DNA of 5,645 nucleotides from a virus (Duplodnaviria; Heunggongvirae; Uroviricota; Caudoviricetes): IMG/VR virus record IMGVR_UViG_2671180846_000009; one strand, 5' to 3'. Shown piece by piece: positions 1 to 4,619 of this stretch (position 1 is its first letter; each line of letters starts with the position of its first letter). The notes under the pieces were generated by a model. It saw only the letters and a program-made list of their open reading frames with translations, ran no database searches and was not told where the DNA came from. The position numbers and the translations under genes were made by a program.

Positions 1-64
1 GAGCGAAGTTATGCAGCGTGTGCTGGCGTTCTATCGGGGAAACTTTCAGGAGGTGATGGAGTGA
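1..64 (+). CDS. 3' end of an upstream gene of unknown function (5'-truncated by the window edge); C-terminus reads ...SEVMQRVLAFYRGNFQEVME*
   Basis: Open frame from position 2 to a TGA at 62-64; the stop overlaps the GTG start of the next gene (GTGA junction), typical of translational coupling. Function not recognisable from 20 residues. Confidence 0.35.
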   Translation, partial: SEVMQRVLAFYRGNFQEVME

Positions 65-357
65 GGGTGAGAGTTTATATTGCCGGTCCAATGACGGGAT
101 ATGAAAATTTCAACCGTGAGGCATTTCACAAGGTGGAAGAGGAACTGAAACGGGAAGGGCATACCGTCTTAAACCCGGCAGTACTTCCGGACGGGCTGAC
201 ACAGCCGCACTACATGGATATTTGCATGGCAATGATTCGTTGTGTGGATGCGATTTACATGCTGAATGGCTGGCAGCGGTCAGCGGGCGCTAAGGCAGAG
301 CTGGCACTGGCGGAGAAACTGGGGCATGCGGTGATTTATCAGGAGGTGGCTCAATGA
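61..357 (+). CDS. DUF4406-family protein (nucleoside 2-deoxyribosyltransferase-like fold), phage-associated
   Basis: 98-aa ORF with GTG start 7 nt after AGGAGG (48-53). Contains the N-terminal YIAGPMTG motif and the C-terminal GW-x-S-x-GA-x-E-x-ALA pattern typical of DUF4406 / deoxyribosyltransferase-like proteins. Its stop overlaps the next start (ATGA at 354-357). Confidence 0.75.
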   Translation: MRVRVYIAGPMTGYENFNREAFHKVEEELKREGHTVLNPAVLPDGLTQPHYMDICMAMIRCVDAIYMLNGWQRSAGAKAELALAEKLGHAVIYQEVAQ

Positions 358-815
358 GAGAGGTTAACTATGAGGCGCTTCGTGAGGCAGCACAAAACTA
401 TCAGTCGACGCTGGCGTGGTATCAGGCTACCCCGGACAGCCCAAATGCTGAACGGGATTGTGATGCGGCTCTTGCTGCGTTTAAGCGTCATATCCGTCAT
501 CGGGAAGCGGATATTATCGCTGGTTTGCTGGATGGACTGGAAGAAGCAAAATCACAACTCAACGAGCAGCGTGAGTATTACGAAGGCGTTATCTCTGATG
601 GGAGCAAGCGTATTGCTGAACTGGATGCGCGGGAAGTTCAATTACCGACTCGCTACGACCTTCGATATGGACACCCGATAAATGCAGATGAGCGACATGT
701 CATGATACCTAAAGAAAATGGCAGTTGGCTTTACCTGATTGACCTAGAACACGCATTACGCGTCGCTGGCATTCGCATCAAAGGAGAGGAGCATGGAAAT
801 AAAACCAGAGGATGA
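354..815 (+). CDS. ead/Ea22-like family prophage protein (paralog 1)
   Basis: 153-aa ORF with AGGAGG at 342-347 and ATG at 354. The N-terminus MREVNYEALREAAQNY is the conserved ead/Ea22-like N-terminal module and is paralogous to the N-terminus of the ORF at 1794. Confidence 0.75.
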   Translation: MREVNYEALREAAQNYQSTLAWYQATPDSPNAERDCDAALAAFKRHIRHREADIIAGLLDGLEEAKSQLNEQREYYEGVISDGSKRIAELDAREVQLPTRYDLRYGHPINADERHVMIPKENGSWLYLIDLEHALRVAGIRIKGEEHGNKTRG

Positions 816-1149
816 GTTAAGCAATATCGTTTTATTTCCGGTAAAAGAGGATGACCCTCGTAATCAGGTTAATTTTCTTTATGAGCCATCGGAAAGACCA
901 TATTGTCATCACGCCTCTGTTCGGGTTGACGAAAAAGAGCGCCAGGTCCGCTGTAAAATCTGCGGTGCGGTTGTGGAGCCGTTTGACTGGATGCTCTCTG
1001 TGGCGAAAAGAGAAACCAGACTGGCAGATGATGTAAGGCTATTGCGCCAGGAGGAACAGGAAAGGCGGAAAAATATAGAAAAGTTAATTCAGATTGAACG
1101 TAACGCGAAAGCGCGGATACGCAGGGCGACAAAATCCAGAACTGAATAA
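793..1149 (+). CDS. hypothetical phage protein with a Cys/His cluster (C-HH ... C-x2-C) and a basic, coiled-coil-like C-terminal tail; possible small nucleic-acid-binding protein
   Basis: 118-aa ORF with a strong RBS (AGGAGAGGAG) directly before ATG 793. It overlaps the preceding gene by 23 nt in another frame. The CHH ... CKIC motif is followed by a Lys/Arg/Glu-rich tail. Confidence 0.55.
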   Translation: MEIKPEDELSNIVLFPVKEDDPRNQVNFLYEPSERPYCHHASVRVDEKERQVRCKICGAVVEPFDWMLSVAKRETRLADDVRLLRQEEQERRKNIEKLIQIERNAKARIRRATKSRTE

Positions 1150-1190
1150 ATAAATTTAGCGCTGTAAATAAAATCTAATCCTGAACTGGA
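1142..1190. repeat. linker sequence copy A (CTGAATAA-ATAAATTTAG ... TAATCCT-AAC-GGAGG), homologous to 2422-2466
   Basis: By-eye alignment of the two intergenic regions, each following a gene that ends in ...E-stop (CTGAATAA), shows about 75 percent identity over roughly 45 nt. Confidence 0.45.
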
Positions 1191-1199
1191 GGTATATTT

Positions 1200-1412
1200 A
1201 TGTTAAATACACAGAAAGCCATTAATGCGGAAAAATATAACGAGTGGGCAAGAAAATTCTCTGAGCAGATTTTTAAAATTACTGGCGATGAGAATGCGGC
1301 AAAAAATGAATTAGAACCGTGGACACCTGAAGGAAACGCACCAAATTATTGCTGGTGGGAGGTTGATCCGGTTGATGTTGCAAATGAAGCCATGAGTTAC
1401 CACAACGATTAA
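1200..1412 (+). CDS. hypothetical small protein (70 aa), mildly acidic
   Basis: ORF with GGAGG at 1186-1190 and ATG at 1200. No recognisable family. Confidence 0.5.
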   Translation: MLNTQKAINAEKYNEWARKFSEQIFKITGDENAAKNELEPWTPEGNAPNYCWWEVDPVDVANEAMSYHND

Positions 1413-1414
1413 TG

Positions 1415-1445
1415 TCAGGAGGCCGCCCGAAAGGGCGGTAGTTAA
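1415..1445 (+). promoter_or_regulatory. structured translation-initiation region: AGGAGG followed by a CCGCCC-GAAA-GGGCGG hairpin (GNRA tetraloop), then ATG 1446
   Basis: Perfect 6-bp GC stem at 1423-1428/1433-1438 with a GAAA loop, lying between the SD (1417-1422) and the start codon. The linear SD-ATG distance is 23 nt and falls to about 7 nt if the hairpin folds. A near-identical copy sits at 2487-2516. Confidence 0.5.
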
Positions 1446-1628
1446 ATGCGAAAGTTTAAAATAATTATTGAAACGGGAATAGCCGGTGGAGATTTCGAGG
1501 ATGAATTCGAAGTGGATGATGATGCGACGCCTGATGAAATACATGACGAAGCAAAAGATATTTTCTTTAACTACTGCAATTATTCATATCACGAAATAAA
1601 AGACGAAGAGGAAGAACAAAATGGCTGA
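1446..1628 (+). CDS. tiny highly acidic protein (60 aa, about one third Asp/Glu)
   Basis: ORF immediately after the SD-hairpin element. Its stop TGA (1626-1628) overlaps the next start ATG 1621 (ATGGCTGA junction). Confidence 0.5.
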   Translation: MRKFKIIIETGIAGGDFEDEFEVDDDATPDEIHDEAKDIFFNYCNYSYHEIKDEEEEQNG

Positions 1629-1797
1629 TTTTGGTTCAACTAAATACAGCGTCAGTTTTGAAGAATGGCATGAACTGTTAATGGAATATGCAGAGTTACG
1701 TGGTGGCAGTGCTGCTGATGCTGAAGCATGGCGTGATGATTATGAAGCAGGAAAAAATCCGGTCGAAGCATATTGTGATGAGTGGGGCGATGAATGA
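1621..1797 (+). CDS. tiny highly acidic protein (58 aa; MADFGSTKYSVSFEEWHELLMEYAELRGGSAADAEAWRDDYEAGKNPVEAYCDEWGDE), absent from the supplied ORF track (below its length cutoff)
   Basis: Hand translation from ATG 1621 (GAGGAAG RBS upstream) to TGA 1795-1797. The stop overlaps the ATG 1794 of the next gene (ATGA junction), and the 5' end overlaps the previous stop, so it is coupled on both sides. Confidence 0.45.
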   Translation: MADFGSTKYSVSFEEWHELLMEYAELRGGSAADAEAWRDDYEAGKNPVEAYCDEWGDE

Positions 1798-2429
1798 GCG
1801 AGATTGACTATCAGGCGCTGCGTGAAGCAGCAGAGAAAGCAACTAAAGGATGCTACATCGTAGGGCATACATCGGGCAATCAGCATGGGAATATAACAGG
1901 AGTTTTTGTTTGTCAAAAATGGAAAGGAGAGCCCGGTGGCGTAATTGCAGAATGTCATGTTAACTGCCTGGTTGAAACAGATGTTCAGGCTTATGCAAAC
2001 GCTGAATTTATTGCTGCTTTTAATCCAAATGTTGCGCTGGCACTACTGGATGAACGGGAAGCCCAAAACAAACGAATTGCAGAGCTGAAAGCTAATCTTG
2101 TGGCGCTGGCGGCGGAGAATGCGGTAATAAAGTCTGCAATTCCAGAACCACGGGATATTGAGGACGACAATGACAATATGGATGACGTATCTCTTGCTGA
2201 AGATTTCGGGTTCAATCATGCAATAGAACGGATGAGGAGACGGATTCCTGAAACTCCGGCCACCGACGCTTTCCTGGCTGAAGTACGGGCGGGGTTGTTT
2301 AACGAGCTTTGCGCGGCGTTTGTCAGGTACGAAAAAGTTGCAGGACTGGATGATAGCGATACAGTAACGCTTAAGGAAGCGACAGAAGCATTGCTGGATT
2401 GTGCGGAACAGCTTATCGCGCCTGAATAA
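1794..2429 (+). CDS. ead/Ea22-like family prophage protein (paralog 2)
   Basis: 211-aa ORF. N-terminus MSEIDYQALREAAEKA parallels MREVNYEALREAAQNY of the ORF at 354; the C-terminal part is divergent. Confidence 0.75.
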   Translation: MSEIDYQALREAAEKATKGCYIVGHTSGNQHGNITGVFVCQKWKGEPGGVIAECHVNCLVETDVQAYANAEFIAAFNPNVALALLDEREAQNKRIAELKANLVALAAENAVIKSAIPEPRDIEDDNDNMDDVSLAEDFGFNHAIERMRRRIPETPATDAFLAEVRAGLFNELCAAFVRYEKVAGLDDSDTVTLKEATEALLDCAEQLIAPE

Positions 2430-2466
2430 TTAAATTTAGTTAAAAATTTAATCCTTAACCGGAGGG
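2422..2466. repeat. linker sequence copy B (CTGAATAA-TTAAATTTAG ... TAATCCTTAACCGGAGG), homologous to 1142-1190
   Basis: See copy A. It directly follows the stop of the second ead/Ea22-like gene. Confidence 0.45.
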
Positions 2467-2486
2467 ATTTCTGCACCCTCAAAACA

Positions 2487-2516
2487 TCAGGAGGCCGCCT
2501 GAAAGGGCGGTAAGAA
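2487..2516 (+). promoter_or_regulatory. second copy of the SD-plus-GNRA-hairpin translation-initiation element (AGGAGG, then CCGCCT-GAAA-GGGCGG, then ATG 2517)
   Basis: TCAGGAGGCCGCC(C/T)GAAAGGGCGGTA is shared with 1415-1440. The single C-to-T difference converts a C-G pair into a U-G wobble, so the stem is preserved. A second hairpin (GAGGG 2462-2466 / CCCTC 2476-2480) lies just upstream. Confidence 0.5.
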
Positions 2517-2735
2517 ATGACTACATTATTCAGAAAAGAATATCCGAGAAAAAGTAGAGCGACAGAATTTTTGTTTCTCATTATATTTATCGTGTTGATG
2601 ATACCGATACCCCCGCTATTACTGGTCTGGTTTATCGTGAAAATAATTGAGCCAGTTATTGAATTGTATAACGACGTGGTGTGGGCGTCGTTCAGCACAC
2701 TGCACAATAAAATTAATCCGTATAAGGAAAGCTGA
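2517..2735 (+). CDS. small single-pass membrane protein (72 aa)
   Basis: ORF preceded by the SD-hairpin element. It has a roughly 27-residue hydrophobic segment (FLFLIIFIVLMIPIPPLLLVWFIVKII). The stop TGA 2733-2735 lies 1 nt before the HNH start ATG 2737. Confidence 0.45.
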   Translation: MTTLFRKEYPRKSRATEFLFLIIFIVLMIPIPPLLLVWFIVKIIEPVIELYNDVVWASFSTLHNKINPYKES

Positions 2736-2736
2736 T

Positions 2737-3102
2737 ATGGCACTGACGAAAAAACAACGTGCAGAGCTGCGCATGAAGTTCGGCGGTCGCTGTGCTTATT
2801 GCGGCTGCGAACTTGGCGAAAAGTGGCATGCAGACCATGTAAAACCGGTCATTCGTTTTGATGGAAATATGCTTCACCAGGAACGTGACGATATATCCAA
2901 CATGGTTCCGGCATGCCACCCATGCAATCTGCACAAGCATTGCAGTAGTCTGGAAGATTATCGGCGAATTATCAGTGATGGTCGTCGTGAATTCCTTGCG
3001 TCCGGGAAAGGCAAAGCGCTGGTTCGTATGGGATTGGTTGAAATGAAATCTGACCCAGTTGTGTTCTGGTTTGAAAAATATCAAGAAGGGGCTACGGCAT
3101 GA
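2737..3102 (+). CDS. HNH endonuclease (small phage-type HNH nuclease)
   Basis: C-x2-C ... HADH ... N ... C-x2-C-N-x-H-K-H motif (CAYCG...WHADHVKP...CHPCNLHKH). Start chosen at ATG 2737 (MALTKKQ, with an AAGGAAAG RBS) rather than the track start 2647, which would overlap the upstream membrane ORF. Confidence 0.8.
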   Translation: MALTKKQRAELRMKFGGRCAYCGCELGEKWHADHVKPVIRFDGNMLHQERDDISNMVPACHPCNLHKHCSSLEDYRRIISDGRREFLASGKGKALVRMGLVEMKSDPVVFWFEKYQEGATA

Positions 3103-3443
3103 CGACTTTTACCAGAGAGCAGTTAATAGCTCACGCAGAGGAGACTATTGAAACACAGAGACTGTGCATACCGGGCACAATCGACCATGACATCATCCGC
3201 ACATATAAGATGGATATTGCTGTTCTGGAAATCGCACTGGTATCGCTGGCAGCAGAGCCAGCCGGTAAATTGCATGAATACAAACCAGTGGGATATCAGC
3301 GTCTGGTCGATGAGTTAACCATGCTGGTAAAGCAGTTAACCTGGCAACTGAGGAAAGCGAAGCCAGACTGCAAATTACCGGATAAGGCGATGAGTTATCT
3401 GGAGCGGAACGGACTGATAAGCGTGGAGGATATTTTACGATGA
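3099..3443 (+). CDS. hypothetical phage protein (114 aa)
   Basis: ORF with a GAAGGGG RBS; ATG 3099 overlaps the HNH stop (ATGA). No family recognised by eye. Confidence 0.55.
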   Translation: MTTFTREQLIAHAEETIETQRLCIPGTIDHDIIRTYKMDIAVLEIALVSLAAEPAGKLHEYKPVGYQRLVDELTMLVKQLTWQLRKAKPDCKLPDKAMSYLERNGLISVEDILR

Positions 3444-3523
3444 CCTGGCCTGAAGCATTCACAACGGTAGGAATTGCGATGGCGGTGGCGCTGGTGGTGT
3501 ATTCGATTTGCCGCTGGGGATAA
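3440..3523 (+). CDS. putative 27-aa hydrophobic peptide ([27 protein letters not shown])
   Basis: ATG 3440 overlaps the preceding stop (ATGA), GGAGGA lies upstream, and the ORF ends at TAA 3521-3523 just before the terminator. It has a single predicted transmembrane helix. It is short, so it could be a chance ORF. Confidence 0.3.
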   Translation: MTWPEAFTTVGIAMAVALVVYSICRWG

Positions 3524-3530
3524 ATCGCCG

Positions 3531-3570
3531 AAAAAAGATCCCGACATAAACATGAGCCGGGATCTTTGAT
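3531..3570. terminator. bidirectional rho-independent terminator between the convergent + operon and the - strand TA cassette
   Basis: AAAAA, then stem AGATCCCG (3536-3543), a 14-nt loop, stem CGGGATCT (3558-3565), then TTTGATTT. An A-tract on one side and a T-tract on the other let it terminate in both directions. Confidence 0.55.
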
Positions 3571-3647
3571 TTATATAGCCTACGAATCCGCCAGTAAGAG
3601 AGGGGGCGGACGGTTAATTCTAACACCGGAATGATGTGGGTAAAAGT

Positions 3648-3947
3648 TTATAAGAAATCGGTTTCATAACTTTGCCCACCATGATAGATACCGACAATAA
3701 AGACTTTTCTGCTATCAACGGCAAAAGCAATAATCGTTCTGTGGCGGAAATGAGTTACCCGCATCCCCTGGCGAATATCATCGCGTTTATTGCCCCGATG
3801 CGGGAATGTAGAAAACCCATCAAGATAATCAAGAAGCGCATTGGCATAATTGTCAGCAATGACGTTCCCTGCTTTCTCCGTTATATACCTGTGCAGGTTG
3901 ATTATTTGTTGTTCGGCCTCAGGAGTAATGATGACTTCATATGTCAT
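3648..3947 (-). CDS. parE: type II toxin, ParE/RelE superfamily (ParE-like)
   Basis: 99-aa ORF. The pattern of N-terminal helices (TPEAEQQI...YI) followed by a beta-sheet core ending in ...FIVGIYHGGQ matches ParE-family toxins. It begins 5 nt after the antitoxin stop, with a GGGAAG RBS inside the antitoxin's 3' end. Confidence 0.8.
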   Translation of the reverse strand: MTYEVIITPEAEQQIINLHRYITEKAGNVIADNYANALLDYLDGFSTFPHRGNKRDDIRQGMRVTHFRHRTIIAFAVDSRKVFIVGIYHGGQSYETDFL

Positions 3948-3952
3948 GCAGA

Positions 3953-4210
3953 TTACTTCCCGGATCGAATCGCGGCGCGAACCTGTGAAATGGAGCGTCC
4001 GTTGTTTGGATTTTCGCGGATAGAATCAAGAGAGGGGGCGGCTGAATGCGTTAACCACGCTTCGATTGCTTTATCGCGCTCATTCAGTGCGCGAAGCCCT
4101 TCACGAATGACCTCGCTTTCTGAAGCATAGGCACCGGAAGCCACACGGGCGCGCACCATGTCAGCCATTTCGTTAGTTAATGTAATGCTGAATTGTTGGG
4201 TTGTACGCAT
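3953..4210 (-). CDS. parD: type II antitoxin, ParD-like ribbon-helix-helix protein
   Basis: 85-aa product from the ATG at 4210 (MRTTQQFSITLTNEMADMVRARVASGAYASESEVIREGLRALNERD...), matching the ParD/RHH antitoxin signature (-SGxYaSaSEVIRegLR-). An RBS (GAGG) lies 6 nt upstream. The track's longer ORF, starting at 4273, has no RBS, so the 4210 start is preferred. Confidence 0.75.
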   Translation of the reverse strand: MRTTQQFSITLTNEMADMVRARVASGAYASESEVIREGLRALNERDKAIEAWLTHSAAPSLDSIRENPNNGRSISQVRAAIRSGK

Positions 4211-4245
4211 GGTAAACCTCACGGAGTAGGATAGAACACCATTCG

Positions 4246-4276
4246 ATGATAGCACGTTGCCTGTTGACGACAACAG
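4246..4276 (-). promoter_or_regulatory. putative sigma70 promoter and operator of the parDE cassette
   Basis: On the minus strand, TTGTCG (-35) is followed 16 nt later by TATCAT (-10), about 35 nt upstream of the antitoxin ATG. The -35 lies inside an inverted repeat CTGTTG-ACGA-CAACAG (4261-4276), a plausible RHH-antitoxin operator. Confidence 0.4.
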
Positions 4277-4345
4277 AAATCAGAGACAATATTGCCGCAC
4301 GCCAGCTTGAACAACTGGCACCTGCTGCGCCAGCAGAGAAAACCG

Positions 4346-4618
4346 ATGGCGCACAATACCAAACATCACAATTCTGATATCGCCCCTGCCAGCAGGCAAG
4401 GGCGGTGTTCTCACACATTCAAATATGACTGGTATCAGCACGATCCCTGCACTGAAGAACAGGCCGAATGGCTGATTCATAACTACCGCAGACGTGGGTA
4501 TGAGTTTAAGAAAGCCCTTAGCCTCGACTACCGTCACTGGATAATCTACGTCAGGCTCCTTTATTCCGAACGCCCGCCGCGTCCGTCCCGCACATTCCAG
4601 CAACGCATCTGGAGGTAA
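4346..4618 (+). CDS. hypothetical protein (90 aa from ATG 4346), immediately upstream of the DUF968 gene
   Basis: Open frame 4292-4618; the first ATG is at 4346 (MAHNTKHHN...). A possible + promoter TTGACG (4264-4269), 17 nt, CAATAT lies upstream. The stop TAA 4616-4618 abuts the GGAGG/GTG start of the next gene. The start codon is uncertain. Confidence 0.4.
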   Translation: MAHNTKHHNSDIAPASRQGRCSHTFKYDWYQHDPCTEEQAEWLIHNYRRRGYEFKKALSLDYRHWIIYVRLLYSERPPRPSRTFQQRIWR

Positions 4619-4619
4619 C

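Noticed and set aside
370-681. 103-aa + strand ORF in an alternative frame inside ead/Ea22-like paralog 1
   Set aside because: Entirely nested in a better-supported frame; Arg/Leu-rich composition typical of out-of-frame translation.
2647-2736. Upstream extension of the HNH gene (track start 2647)
   Set aside because: The extension overlaps the membrane-protein ORF in another frame and lacks an RBS. ATG 2737 has a good RBS and abuts the upstream stop.
2216-2743. 175-aa minus-strand ORF antisense to ead/Ea22-like paralog 2 and the downstream intergenic region
   Set aside because: Low-complexity, Ser/Ile-rich translation with no RBS, fully overlapping well-supported + strand genes. Most likely a chance antisense ORF.
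3586-3610. Possible hairpin TCCGCC ... GGCGGA downstream of the toxin gene
   Set aside because: No adjacent U-tract in the correct orientation for a minus-strand terminator. The nearby bidirectional terminator at 3531-3570 explains termination for both strands.
3596-4041. Exact 14-bp repeat AAGAGAGGGGGCGG at 3596-3609 and 4028-4041
   Set aside because: The second copy lies inside the antitoxin coding sequence rather than flanking the cassette, so it does not behave like an insertion target duplication. A 14-mer match in a 5.6-kb G-rich region is within reach of chance.
3672-4130. 152-aa + strand ORF overlapping the parE/parD genes on the opposite strand
   Set aside because: Antisense to two genes with clear family signatures and operon architecture; no RBS.
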